Assembly: GCA_965228475.1 (NCBI GenBank)
Contig: OZ245817.1
Span: 3,168,001-3,232,000, forward strand
DNA from: Myxococcota bacterium
GTDB taxonomy: Bacteria > Myxococcota_A > UBA9160 > JAFDDA01
DNA: 64,000 nucleotides
Direction of reading: 5' to 3'
Shown here: positions 1-9,391 of the stretch, in pieces
Layout: each line of letters begins with the position of its first letter
How positions within the stretch are numbered: position 1 is the first letter of the stretch
Program-made: the position numbers and the translations under genes
Notes under the pieces: model-generated
What the model saw: the letters and a program-made list of their open reading frames with translations, nothing else
Database searches by the model: none
What the model was told of the DNA's origin: nothing

Positions 1-119
1 CCCCCTCGACCTCGGGCGCCGCCGAGCCGCGGTCCACGATGCCGACGGCCGCCAGCACGACGCCGGCCGCCGCCCCGAGTCCGAGCAGCCAGCGTCCGCG
101 GCGCTCGCCCGCCGCCACT
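1..119 (-). CDS. Partial CDS running off the window edge; N-terminal membrane anchor, function unknown
   Basis: Minus-strand frame VAAGERRGRWLLGLGAAAGVVLAAVGIVDRG... downstream of the Gfo/Idh/MocA gene; start codon uncertain. Confidence 0.4.
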
Positions 120-156
120 TCGCTCTGACCAACCGCCGCGTTCGAATCTTCCGAGC

Positions 157-1473
157 TCACGCGTCCCTCTCCCCGGCGGACCGCTCGCACGCGGCGCGCC
201 ACTCGTCCAGTTCGATCGTTTCCCCGTCGAGCCGGGCCTCCTCGGCCGCGAAGCCGAGCAGGTGACCCTCGAGCGCCGAACGCCCCGATGCGCGCAGGTC
301 GCCACCCTCGGCGACCACGCGCGTGAAGTGCTCGATCAACCCGTCGTCGCCGCCGTAGTGACCCATCATCGAGCCCCGCGAACCCGGGTCGATCCGTTCG
401 CTGCCGAGCACGCCCGGGCGTGAGATTTCGATCTCGCCCGCATGGAGCGCGCCGCGCAGCTCGCCGGTCGTCCCGGTCAGCCGGATCGTCCGCTCCTCCT
501 GGCTCGCGAGGCCCTGCACCGTGAAGCTCCCCGTCACGCCGCTCGGAAACTCGACGGCCACGTGCTGGTGGTCGGGCTGATCGTTGTCGGTGCGGTAGAC
601 GCACCTGCCGTAGCGGCCGGTCTCGAGCGCCCTGCGCCGCGCGGCCCGAGCCGGGTCCGGGGAGACGTCGCGGAACGGGAAGGCCCGGGCGAGCGCGTCG
701 TCGGGGCCGAGGTAGAAGCGCTCTGCATCGTAGGGGCAGCTCTCCTGGACGGGGCAGCCCTCGGTGCAGCGCTCGGGAGCCCCTTCGGGCGCGTGCTCCT
801 CGCGAAAGGCGTCGCGCCCGCCGAAAGACGCGACCCGCGCCGGGCTCTCCCCCGCGAGCCAGACCATCAGATCGAGATCGTGACAGGACTTCGCGAGCAA
901 CACCGGCGCGGCCATGGCCCGGTTGCGGAACTTCCCGCGCACGTAGGAGTGGGTGAAGTGCCAGGCGGCGACGTGCTCCTTCAGCTCGAGGTGGAGCAGC
1001 CGGCCGATGGCCCCCTCGGAGACGAGCGCATGGATGCGTTCGTAGAAAGGCGTGTAGCGCAGCACGTGACCGATCTGGAGGCGCCGTCCCGCCCGCTCCG
1101 CGGCGGTGACCACGCGCACGCAGTCGACGGGATCGGGCGCGATCGGCTTTTCGAGGAGCACGTCGTAGCCGCAGGCGATGGCGCGCAGGGCCGGTTCGAC
1201 GTGCTCCGTGTCGCCCGTCGCGATGATGGCGACGTCCGCCCGGGGCGCCGCTTCGAAGAGCGGCTGCCAATCCGCGTGGACCTCGTTCGCCGAAAGGCCG
1301 TGCGCCTCGGCCATGGCCTTCGCGCGCACCGCGTCGGGTTCGGCGAGGGCCACGACCTTCAGGCGCTCCGGATGCGCGAGGGCGAAGCGGCCGAACACTT
1401 CCGCGCCCCGCAGCCCGGCGCCCACCACCACGGCCGTTACCGCCAACCCGCGAACCTCCGTTCCCTCTTTCAC
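157..1473 (-). CDS. Gfo/Idh/MocA family oxidoreductase
   Basis: VVVGAGLRG Rossmann motif, LLEKPI, GHVLRYTP, KSCHDLD, GHYGGD. Confidence 0.9.
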   Translation of the reverse strand: MKEGTEVRGLAVTAVVVGAGLRGAEVFGRFALAHPERLKVVALAEPDAVRAKAMAEAHGLSANEVHADWQPLFEAAPRADVAIIATGDTEHVEPALRAIACGYDVLLEKPIAPDPVDCVRVVTAAERAGRRLQIGHVLRYTPFYERIHALVSEGAIGRLLHLELKEHVAAWHFTHSYVRGKFRNRAMAAPVLLAKSCHDLDLMVWLAGESPARVASFGGRDAFREEHAPEGAPERCTEGCPVQESCPYDAERFYLGPDDALARAFPFRDVSPDPARAARRRALETGRYGRCVYRTDNDQPDHQHVAVEFPSGVTGSFTVQGLASQEERTIRLTGTTGELRGALHAGEIEISRPGVLGSERIDPGSRGSMMGHYGGDDGLIEHFTRVVAEGGDLRASGRSALEGHLLGFAAEEARLDGETIELDEWRAACERSAGERDA

Positions 1474-1505
1474 CCGCCCGGGGGCGGGTATACTACGCCG
1501 CCTCG

Positions 1506-1895
1506 ATGGAAGACGCAGACCGACGCGACCTGGCCGACCTCACCCGCGCACTCAAGATCGGTGGCTACACCCGCCACGTGCTGCTCTGCACCCACGGCGA
1601 CTGCGCCGGGAGCGAGACCGCCGCGGCTTCGTGGAAGTTCCTGAAGAAGCGGATCCGCCAGCTCGGGCTCGACGCCGTCGAAGGCGGCGTCTACCGCTCG
1701 AAGGTCGACTGTCTGCGGATCTGCCGCCAGGGGCCGATCTGCGTCGTCTACCCGGACGGCGTCTGGTACCGGGAGGCCACGCCCGAGAACCTCGAGCGCA
1801 TTCTCACGGAGCACGTCGTCGGGGGACGGCCCGTCGAGGAGCTGGCCTTCGCGCGCAACCCGATCGGCGCCGGGGCGGACGACGCCGACGCCTAG
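1506..1895 (+). CDS. Thioredoxin-like (2Fe-2S) ferredoxin
   Basis: HVLLC-x4-C...CLRIC-x2-GP...VYPDGVWY pattern. Confidence 0.9.
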   Translation: MEDADRRDLADLTRALKIGGYTRHVLLCTHGDCAGSETAAASWKFLKKRIRQLGLDAVEGGVYRSKVDCLRICRQGPICVVYPDGVWYREATPENLERILTEHVVGGRPVEELAFARNPIGAGADDADA

Positions 1896-3004
1896 AGCAG
1901 CCCCACCGCCTCTTCGGCCAGCGCGGCCGCGGCGGTGAGCCCCGGCGACTCGATCCCGAGCAGGTTCACGAACCCCGGCAGCCCGCGTTCGGACTCTTCG
2001 CGGACCACGAAGTCCCGGAAGGGTTCGCCGGGCGCCGCGAGGCGCGGGCGGATGCCGACGAAGTCCGGCGTCAGGTCCGCCGCCTCGACGCCGGGCAGAT
2101 AGCGCGCGATCACCTCCGCGAAGGCGCCCGCCTTGCCGGCGTCGACGGTCAGCGCGTCGAGCCCCTTGCCGTAGTAGGCGTCGGGCCCGAACCGGATGCG
2201 GCCGCCGAGGTCGAGGGTCGCGTGGACGCCGAGCCCGGGGCCGGCGGGCACCGGGTAGACCAGGCGCGAGAGTTCGAGCCCGTGGCCCGGTGCGAGGGCG
2301 AAGTAGTCCCCGTGGCACGGGTGGATGCGATAGCCCGCGGCGTCGACGTCGATGCCGGCCAGCGCGGCCACGTGGTCCGCGGCCAGGCCCGCCGCGTTCA
2401 CCACCGCCGCGGCCCGGATCGCCTGGCGCTCGCCGTCGCAGTCCGCATCGAGGCGGTAGCTCGCGCCGTCCGGGGCGACGCCCTCGACCCTCGCCCGCCG
2501 GACGAGGACCGCCCCGTCGCGCTCGGCCTCGGCCAGGAAGGAGCTCGCGTAGGCGTGGGCATCCACGATGCCGGTCTCCGGGGAGAACAAGGCGCCCGAA
2601 GCCTTCACCGCGGGTTCGAGCTTTCGCACGGCGTCCGCGTCGATCAGCTCGATTGCACCCGCGCCGTTCGCGGTCCCGAGGGCGAAGTAGCGCTCGAGCG
2701 CCGGCAGCTCCTCGGCCGTACTTGCCACGACGATCTTCCCGAGCCGGCGGTGCGGAATCCGCCAGGTCTCGCAGCGGGCGTAGAGCGCCGCACGCCCGGC
2801 AGCGCAGGTCCGCGCTTTCCACGTCCCTTCCGGGTAGTAGAGCCCGGCGTGGACGACCTCGCTGTTGCGGCTCGAGGTCTCGCGCGCGATCTCGTCGTTG
2901 CGTTCGAGGAGGACGACGGAGCGGCCGCGGCGTGCGAAGGCCGCGGCCGTCGCCAGACCGACGACGCCCGCGCCGACGACCGCGACGTCGACGTCGGCCT
3001 TCAC
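1892..3004 (-). CDS. FAD-dependent oxidoreductase, L-2-hydroxyglutarate oxidase (LhgO)-like
   Basis: VVGAGVVG, ETSSRNSEVVHAGLYY, GIESPGLT; GTG start overlaps upstream TGA (GTGA). Confidence 0.85.
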   Translation of the reverse strand: MKADVDVAVVGAGVVGLATAAAFARRGRSVVLLERNDEIARETSSRNSEVVHAGLYYPEGTWKARTCAAGRAALYARCETWRIPHRRLGKIVVASTAEELPALERYFALGTANGAGAIELIDADAVRKLEPAVKASGALFSPETGIVDAHAYASSFLAEAERDGAVLVRRARVEGVAPDGASYRLDADCDGERQAIRAAAVVNAAGLAADHVAALAGIDVDAAGYRIHPCHGDYFALAPGHGLELSRLVYPVPAGPGLGVHATLDLGGRIRFGPDAYYGKGLDALTVDAGKAGAFAEVIARYLPGVEAADLTPDFVGIRPRLAAPGEPFRDFVVREESERGLPGFVNLLGIESPGLTAAAALAEEAVGLL

Positions 3005-4218
3005 GAGTCCTTCGGCGGGCCGAGGGCGAGCGTCCGGAGCCCCTCGCGCCGGTTCCCCGCGCTGACGGCGACGATGCCGACGGCCAGGAGCACGTAGACG
3101 ACGGCGAAGGCGCGGCGGACCTCCTCGCTCGGGAAGACCAGCTGCGCCAGGAAGAGCACGGCGAGCGCGAGGGCCTCGAGCCGCGTGAAGCTCAGGTCCG
3201 CGATGATCACCACCGCGAGCAGGGATTGCGCCGAGGTCAGCAGGAGTTCCTCGGTCTGCCGCGCGTCGAGCGGCATGCCGATGAAGGCGCCCGAGGAGAT
3301 CGCGAAGGCGACGGGGATCGCGCCCACGAGCAGGGTCCACTGGTTGACCTTGGACGAGAGCAGCGCCCCGAGCCCGATCGAGCCGCGCATGCGCAGGGCG
3401 AACAGGATCGCGACCAGGAACTCGGGCGACTCGGACGCCAGTGGCGCCACCCATTGGACGAGCAGGAACTCGCTGATGTCCCGCGTGCGGCCGATCTGGA
3501 CGAGCCCGTCGGCGAAGGGCTCCGCCGCCGCGAAGATGGCGAAGGCCGCGAAGACGAACAGCGATCCGGCGAAGAGCCGCCGCCCGAGGTCGTCGAACTC
3601 GCGGTCGATCAGGGCCGCCGGGCCGATCAGCTCGACCTCGTGGCGCGCACCGCGCATGGCCGCGACGAGGTACGCGGCGAAGATCGCGAAGAGCACGGCC
3701 GCGTCGAACAGCGAGATCTCGCCGCCGAGCGGGATGAAGAAGGAGTAGATCGTGGCGCCGAGCAGGAAGCGCATCTCGAGGCGCTGGTTCGGCTCGATGG
3801 CGAGCTCGTTCGTGCCCTGCTTCCAGCAGGCGATCAGCACGACGGCCGCCCAGCCGAGGCCGATCAGCAGCCGGTTGGCGCCGGTCATGTTGGCGACGGC
3901 GTAGTGGGTGTAGGTGGGGTCCTTCCCGGCGGTCCACGCGAAGTGGAGGTCGACGGCGTACTCGGGCAGGACGCTGATCAGCGCCAGCACCAGCAGCGCC
4001 AGCGACTGCGGGATGTCGCGCTCGGCGAGCTCCGTGGCCCAGGAGAGCAGGAAGGCGCCGCCGAGAATGGCGCAGCCTGCCATGGGGGCGACGGCTTCGG
4101 GCGGAAGCGAGAGCCCCCCGAAGCCATCGACGAGGAGCCAGGGGAGCGGCAGCAGCCCCGAGAAGAGGAACAGCGCGAGGTCCCGCTTGCGAGCGACCGG
4201 CTCCGCGCCCTCGCTCAT
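3001..4218 (-). CDS. Sodium:calcium antiporter (CaCA family)
   Basis: Multi-TM protein with alpha repeats LPEYAVD...ANMTGAN and SESPEF...SSKVNQ; alternative start 4227. Confidence 0.85.
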   Translation of the reverse strand: MSEGAEPVARKRDLALFLFSGLLPLPWLLVDGFGGLSLPPEAVAPMAGCAILGGAFLLSWATELAERDIPQSLALLVLALISVLPEYAVDLHFAWTAGKDPTYTHYAVANMTGANRLLIGLGWAAVVLIACWKQGTNELAIEPNQRLEMRFLLGATIYSFFIPLGGEISLFDAAVLFAIFAAYLVAAMRGARHEVELIGPAALIDREFDDLGRRLFAGSLFVFAAFAIFAAAEPFADGLVQIGRTRDISEFLLVQWVAPLASESPEFLVAILFALRMRGSIGLGALLSSKVNQWTLLVGAIPVAFAISSGAFIGMPLDARQTEELLLTSAQSLLAVVIIADLSFTRLEALALAVLFLAQLVFPSEEVRRAFAVVYVLLAVGIVAVSAGNRREGLRTLALGPPKDS

Positions 4219-4247
4219 GCGACGCATCGCCTCCGGGCCTTCGCAGC

Positions 4248-4313
4248 GCGCGCGCTCATTCGAAGCTTCGCCTCTGGTTCCGTGCGGAGCGCGCGTTCAT
4301 TCGAAGCTTCGCC
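4248..4313. repeat. 25-bp near-perfect direct repeat (period 41) duplicating the 3' end and stop of the kinase gene
   Basis: GCGCGCGCTCATTCGAAGCTTCGCC (4248-4272) and GCGCGCGTTCATTCGAAGCTTCGCC (4289-4313). Confidence 0.85.
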
Positions 4314-5235
4314 CGTAGGCCTTCTCGTAGCGCTCGCGGACGGCGTCGAGGTTCGTCGCGAGCCCCTGGGGCCCTTCGCACTCGACCTTCATCGCGCCGA
4401 GCACGCTGCCCACGCGGGCCGCGTCTTCGAGGTCCATGCCGCGCTCGCAGGCGAACAGCAGCCCGGCCCGGAAGGCATCGCCGGCGCCGGTGGGATCGAT
4501 GGCCTTCGAGGCCGCCACGGGATCGATGGCGACCTCGCCGTCCGCCCGCAGCACGGTCGCACCCTTCTCGCCGCGCGTGACGATCACCGCGCCGACGCGG
4601 TCGGTCACGTCGGCCGGCTCGAGGCCGGTCTTCGAGAGCACCAGGGACCACTCGTAGTCGTTCACGATGAAGATCTCCGCGCCCTCGATGAACTCCTTCA
4701 TCTCGTCGGCCTCGAAGATCGGAATGCCCTGGCCCGGATCGATCACCGCCTTGGCGCCGCCCGCCTTGAGAGCCCGGGCGTTGCGGATCATGCCTTCCTT
4801 TCCGTTGGGCGAGACGATGCCCCAGCCGTAGTCCCCCGAGACGTCCTCGATGCGCGCCTCGTGGCAGCGGTCCATCGCACCCGGGTGGAAGGCCGTGATC
4901 TGGTTGTCGTCGAGATCGGTGGTGATGAAGCAGGAGGCGGTGAAGGTATCGCCGAGTTCGAGCACGTGGTCGCGCGCGAGACCGTGCTGGTCCATCCACT
5001 CGGCGTACTCCTCGAAGCCGCCGCCGACGGCACCGAGCAGGATCGGCTCCGCCCCGAGCTGGTTCAGGTGGAAGGCGATGTTCGCCCCGCACCCGCCCCA
5101 GGACTTGCGCATCTGCGGGACGTGGAAGGCCACGTTCAGGACGTGGATCTTGTCCGGCTGGATGTGGTTTCGGAAGCGGTCGCGGAAGACCATGATGTGG
5201 TCGATCGCGATCGAGCCGGAAACCAGGATCCCCAT
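4297..5235 (-). CDS. PfkB family carbohydrate kinase, adenosine kinase-like
   Basis: GSIAIDHIM, GGCGANIA, DPTGAGDAFRAG. Confidence 0.88.
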   Translation of the reverse strand: MGILVSGSIAIDHIMVFRDRFRNHIQPDKIHVLNVAFHVPQMRKSWGGCGANIAFHLNQLGAEPILLGAVGGGFEEYAEWMDQHGLARDHVLELGDTFTASCFITTDLDDNQITAFHPGAMDRCHEARIEDVSGDYGWGIVSPNGKEGMIRNARALKAGGAKAVIDPGQGIPIFEADEMKEFIEGAEIFIVNDYEWSLVLSKTGLEPADVTDRVGAVIVTRGEKGATVLRADGEVAIDPVAASKAIDPTGAGDAFRAGLLFACERGMDLEDAARVGSVLGAMKVECEGPQGLATNLDAVRERYEKAYGRSFE

Positions 5236-5309
5236 CTCGGCACCTCCTCGGCGTACGCGGCGCTCTCCGCGCCGGCGTCGCCCGCCGCGTGCCGGACGGC
5301 ACGGGCGGC

Positions 5310-5338
5310 AGTCTGCGGGGCCGGGACTCGGGCGTCAA
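5310..5338 (-). promoter_or_regulatory. Sigma70-type promoter for the kinase/antiporter/oxidase operon
   Basis: Minus strand TTGACG-N17-CAGACT. Confidence 0.5.
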
Positions 5339-5364
5339 TGGCCCGCCGGAGATAGACTGGGCCC

Positions 5365-6234
5365 ATGCGCATTCCGGATTGCTTCCAGGGCAGCGAGCCC
5401 GTCTTCTCCTTCGAATTCTTCCCGCCGAAGACGGACAAGGGTTTCGAATCCCTCTACCGCACGGTCCGCGAGCTCAAGCGGCTCGAGCCCTCCTACGTCT
5501 CCGTCACCTACGGCGCCGGCGGCTCCACGCGCCGCAAGACCGTGGACATCGTGAGCCGCATCCAGCGCGAGATCGGCATCACGGCCATGGCCCACCTGAC
5601 CTGCGTCTGCGCCAGCGAAGACGAGCTCACCGCGGTGCTCGACCGCCTCGAAGCCGAGGGCATCGAGAACGTGCTCACGCTCTCCGGGGACCCGCCGGCG
5701 GATCAGCCCGAGCACGACCGCGCCGACGACGCCTTCCGCTACGCGAGCGAGCTCGCCGCCTTCGTGCGCTCGCGCTGGGGCTTCGCCCTGGCCGGCGGCT
5801 GCTACCCCGAAGTCCACCCCGATGCGCCCGACGCGGAGACCGACCTGCGCAACCTGAAGCGCAAGGTCGACGCCGGCGTCGACGTGCTCGTGAGCCAGCT
5901 CTTCTTCGACAACGCCGACTACTTCGGCTTCGTCGAGCGCGCGAAGGCCGCGGGCATCGCGGTGCCGATCGTCGCGGGCATCATGCCCGTGGTGAGCAGC
6001 AACAACATCCGGCGCATCGCGAAGCTCTCCCAGGCCCGCATCCCCGAGGAGCTCGATCGCGAGCTCGCGAAGGTCGAGGGCGACGACGAACGCACCCTCG
6101 AGGTCGGCATCGAGTGGGCGACGCTCCAGTGCCGCGAGCTGCTCTCGGGCGGCGCACCGGGCATCCACTTCTACACGCTGAACCGCTCGCCGGCGACGCG
6201 GCGCATTCACCAGAACCTGTTCGGCGCCTCGTAG
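5365..6234 (+). CDS. metF: Methylenetetrahydrofolate reductase
   Basis: FSFEFFPPKT, SVTYGAGGS, AHLTC, SQLFFD, HFYTLN. Confidence 0.95.
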   Translation: MRIPDCFQGSEPVFSFEFFPPKTDKGFESLYRTVRELKRLEPSYVSVTYGAGGSTRRKTVDIVSRIQREIGITAMAHLTCVCASEDELTAVLDRLEAEGIENVLTLSGDPPADQPEHDRADDAFRYASELAAFVRSRWGFALAGGCYPEVHPDAPDAETDLRNLKRKVDAGVDVLVSQLFFDNADYFGFVERAKAAGIAVPIVAGIMPVVSSNNIRRIAKLSQARIPEELDRELAKVEGDDERTLEVGIEWATLQCRELLSGGAPGIHFYTLNRSPATRRIHQNLFGAS

Positions 6235-6238
6235 CGAC

Positions 6239-6871
6239 GTGACCCACTGGGAGCCGAAGCCCCTGCGCGTAGCCGTCCTGCTCTCCGGCGGCGGGACCAG
6301 CCTCGAGAACCTCTTCGAACACATCGAACGCGGCACGCTCGACGCGCGCATCGTGGCCGTCGTGGCCTCGAAGCCCGGCGCGGGCGGGCTCGAGCGCGCG
6401 CGTCGCCGCGGTGTCCCCGCCATCGCCGTGCCGCGCAAGGGCGCCCCGAGCGTCCGGGAGTTCAACGACCGCCTCCACGAGGCCCTCGCGGACTACGAGA
6501 TCGACGTGGTGGCGCTGCTCGGCTTCCTCTCCCCCTTCGAGCCCCGCGAGCGCTTTCGCCGCTGCACGCTGAACGTGCACCCGGCCCTGATCCCGAAGTA
6601 CTCGGGCAAGGGCTTCTACGGGCACCACGTCCACGAGGCCGTGCTCGCGGCGGGCGAGCGCGAGAGCGGTGCCACGGTGCACTTCGTCGACGACGAGTAC
6701 GACCACGGGCCGATCCTGCTCCAGGAGCGCGTCCCGGTCCGTCCGGGCGACACCCCCGACACCCTCGCGGCCCGCGTCCAGGAGCTCGAGCGCCGCCTCG
6801 TCCCGGAGGCCCTGCGCATGATCCAGCGGGGCGATGCCCGGGCCACCTCGATCCAGGAATCCCTCGGCTGA
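6239..6871 (+). CDS. purN: Phosphoribosylglycinamide formyltransferase
   Basis: VLLSGGGTSL, NVHPALIP, SGATVHFVDDEYDHGPI. Confidence 0.95.
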   Translation: MTHWEPKPLRVAVLLSGGGTSLENLFEHIERGTLDARIVAVVASKPGAGGLERARRRGVPAIAVPRKGAPSVREFNDRLHEALADYEIDVVALLGFLSPFEPRERFRRCTLNVHPALIPKYSGKGFYGHHVHEAVLAAGERESGATVHFVDDEYDHGPILLQERVPVRPGDTPDTLAARVQELERRLVPEALRMIQRGDARATSIQESLG

Positions 6872-6890
6872 GGCCACCCACGGCACCCGA

Positions 6891-6920
6891 TTGACGGGAA
6901 GCGAAAATTAAGCGAAAGTC
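6891..6920 (+). promoter_or_regulatory. Candidate damage-inducible promoter/operator of imuAB
   Basis: TTGACG-N17-GAAAGT containing the direct repeat GCGAAA-ATTAA-GCGAAA; 24/30 identical to the element upstream of dnaE2. Confidence 0.7.
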
Positions 6921-6947
6921 TTCCGGGTCAGGAGGTCTGCGCCCCCC

Positions 6948-7697
6948 ATGCGCATTCGACGTCCCGGCATCGCCTCCGGCGCGGCTGCCCCCGTGGCCGC
7001 GGCCGGAGGGGATGCCGGGGCCGTTGCAGCCCTGCTCCGAGATCTCGGCCCCCAGCTCCGCCGCGGGGAGAAGCTCGACGACTCCCTCGCCCAGGCCCGG
7101 GAATCCCTCCCCCGCGACGCCACGGGAATCCCCGGCGTCGATGCCCTGCTCGGGGGAGGCCTCCCCCGCGGCCGCATCCTCGAGATCAGCGGGCCCCGCT
7201 CCTCGGGCCGGACCTCCCTCGCCCTCGGCTGCCTGGCGCGCCTGACCCGCGCCGGCGAGGTGGCCGCCTGGGTGGACGTCGCCGACGCCCTGGATCCGCC
7301 CTCCGCCGAGGCCGCCGGCGTAGTGCTGCAGCGCCTGCTCTGGGTGCGCAGCCCGGGCCTCGCCGAAGCCCTGCGCGCGACGGAGCGCCTGCTCGCCACG
7401 AGCGGGTTCGCCCTGGTCGTGCTCGACCTCGACGCCCCGGCGGCGGTGCCCCGCGCGGGGGACACGGCCTGGCTGCGGCTCGCGCGCCAGGCCTCGGGCT
7501 CGCGGACCTCCCTCGCCCTGCTCTCGCAGGAGCGTCAGGCCGGCGCGTTCTCGGACCTCGCCCTCGAGCTCGAACCCGCGGGCGCGCGCTTCTCGCCGAC
7601 GCCGGCCCTGCTCGAAGGTCTCGCCGCGCGGGCGGTGCTCGTGCGGGATCGGCTCGGCCCCTCGGGCCGGAGCTGCGATCTCGAGCTCACGGCATGA
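6948..7697 (+). CDS. imuA: ImuA / RecA-like translesion synthesis accessory protein
   Basis: TGIPGVDALLGGGLPRG, degenerate Walker A GPRSSGRTS, WVDVADALDP; coupled to imuB by ATGA; SD AGGAGG at 6930-6935. Confidence 0.85.
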   Translation: MRIRRPGIASGAAAPVAAAGGDAGAVAALLRDLGPQLRRGEKLDDSLAQARESLPRDATGIPGVDALLGGGLPRGRILEISGPRSSGRTSLALGCLARLTRAGEVAAWVDVADALDPPSAEAAGVVLQRLLWVRSPGLAEALRATERLLATSGFALVVLDLDAPAAVPRAGDTAWLRLARQASGSRTSLALLSQERQAGAFSDLALELEPAGARFSPTPALLEGLAARAVLVRDRLGPSGRSCDLELTA

Positions 7698-9370
7698 ACC
7701 AGCGAGCTCATGGCACGAGCCGGCCCGCGCGCCGCGTGGCGTGCCTGCTCGTCCCGAACCTCCCCCTGGCCGCCGAGCTGCGCGCGCTCCCCGAGCACGA
7801 GCGGGAGGACGGGCGACGCCCCTGGATCGTCGTCTCCGCTCCGGGCTCGCGCGGCTTCGTCGTTGCCGCTTCCCCGGAAGCCAGGCGCCAGGGAATCCAC
7901 GTCGGCGCGCCCGTCGTCCATGCCCGGGCGATCTGCTCGGAGCTCGGCGTGAAGGTCGCCTCCCCGGCGCTGCAGCGCGCGGCACGCGATGCGCTGCTCG
8001 ACGTCGCGCTCTCCTTCTCGCCTCGCGTCGCGGCCGACCCTCCGAGCGCCGGCGCCTTCGCCGGAGAGGCCGCCGTCTTCCTCGACGCCTCGGGCATCGG
8101 AAAGCTCTTCCGCAGCGAGGAGTCCTTCGCTTCGGCGCTGGTCGAACGCGCGGCCTCCCTCGGCCTCCCCGCCCTGGCCTGCGTGGCCGCTTCGCGCAGC
8201 CTCTCGCGCCTGGCCGCACGCCGCCTCACCCTCGAAAGCGAGACCGCCCGCGTCCAGACCGTGCCTCCCGGGCACGAGCCGGACTTCCTCGCCCCCCTGC
8301 CCGTCGACCTGCTCGACCCTTCGGATGCCCTGGCCGCCTCCCTCACGCGCTTCGGCATCCGCACCGTCGGCGCCCTGCTCGCCCTGCCGGCGGCCGGGCT
8401 CACCACGCGGCTCGGCCCCGAAGCCGCCCACCTGCTCGCGCGCATGCGCGGCGAAGCCGCCGAACCGCCGCTCCCGCGCCCGCGCGAGACGCGCTGCGAA
8501 GAGGCCCTCGACCTCGAGCACCCGATCGAGCGCCTCGAGCCCCTCGGCTTCGTGCTGCGCGGCATGCTCTCGCGCCTGGTCGAACGCCTCGAAGTCCGCG
8601 GCCTGGCCGCCGGCCCGCTCGAGCTGCGCATGGAGCTCCTCGGCGGGCGCAGCGACGCCCGGCGCATCGGCGTGGCCGCGCCCACCAACGAAGTCCGTAC
8701 CCTGCTCCGGCTCGTGAACCTCGCCCTCGAGCAACGCTCGCCCGAGGCGCCCGTCGCCGCCCTCGCCCTCGCCACGCGCGGCCGCCCGGCCCGGCGCGAC
8801 CAGCTCGACCTCTTCCGCCCCACCGGCCCGGCGCCCGCCGAGCTTTCCCGCACGCTCGCGGAGCTCGAAGCCCTGTGCGGCGAAGGCCGTGTCGGTGCCC
8901 CCGCCGTGCGCGACGAGCACCGGCCGGACGCCTACGCCCTCACCCCCTTCACGCTCCAGGGCGAAACCGCCCTCGCCGAGCGAACCCGAACGCGCGCCGT
9001 CCGTAGCGGAACAGATCACGAGCGAACCCGAACGCGCGCCGTCCGTACGGGGGCGGAGGCCGTGCGCGAAGGCCCGGGCGTCGCGTACGAAACGGCGGCC
9101 CCGCCCCGGCTCGGCCTGCGTGCGCTGCGCCCCCCGGAGCCCGTCGAGGTGACGGCGCCGGGGGGAACGCCCCAATGGCTGAACGGCCGCATCGCCAGCG
9201 GGCGCATCGTGGCCCGCTCGGGCCCCTGGCGGACCACCGGCGGCTGGTGGTCACCCGAACGCCACCACGCCTTCGACCACTGGGACGTCGCCACGAAGGA
9301 GGGCACGGTCGTGCGTCTGCGTCACGACCGGAAGACCCACCGCTGGGAGATCGACGGCGTGTACGACTGA
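7694..9370 (+). CDS. imuB: ImuB, inactive Y-family polymerase with C-terminal DUF6504-like (GPW...WW...YD) domain
   Basis: Y-family fold lacking catalytic acidic residues; clamp motif QLDLF; C-terminal GPWRTTGGWW...IDGVYD. Confidence 0.88.
   Translation: MNQRAHGTSRPARRVACLLVPNLPLAAELRALPEHEREDGRRPWIVVSAPGSRGFVVAASPEARRQGIHVGAPVVHARAICSELGVKVASPALQRAARDALLDVALSFSPRVAADPPSAGAFAGEAAVFLDASGIGKLFRSEESFASALVERAASLGLPALACVAASRSLSRLAARRLTLESETARVQTVPPGHEPDFLAPLPVDLLDPSDALAASLTRFGIRTVGALLALPAAGLTTRLGPEAAHLLARMRGEAAEPPLPRPRETRCEEALDLEHPIERLEPLGFVLRGMLSRLVERLEVRGLAAGPLELRMELLGGRSDARRIGVAAPTNEVRTLLRLVNLALEQRSPEAPVAALALATRGRPARRDQLDLFRPTGPAPAELSRTLAELEALCGEGRVGAPAVRDEHRPDAYALTPFTLQGETALAERTRTRAVRSGTDHERTRTRAVRTGAEAVREGPGVAYETAAPPRLGLRALRPPEPVEVTAPGGTPQWLNGRIASGRIVARSGPWRTTGGWWSPERHHAFDHWDVATKEGTVVRLRHDRKTHRWEIDGVYD
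8977..9047 (+). repeat. Perfect 29-bp direct repeat (period 42, in frame) inside the imuB linker
   Basis: CGAGCGAACCCGAACGCGCGCCGTCCGTA at 8977-9005 and 9019-9047; encodes ERTRTRAVR twice. Confidence 0.9.
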
Positions 9371-9391
9371 GGGGAACCGGGAGTCCAGCTC

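Noticed and set aside
5236..5364. SAM/SAH riboswitch upstream of metF
   Set aside because: No recognisable aptamer consensus, and metF appears leaderless.
4248..9047. CRISPR array interpretation of the 25-29 bp direct repeats
   Set aside because: Only two copies each, spacers of 13-16 nt, one is in-frame coding, and there are no cas genes.
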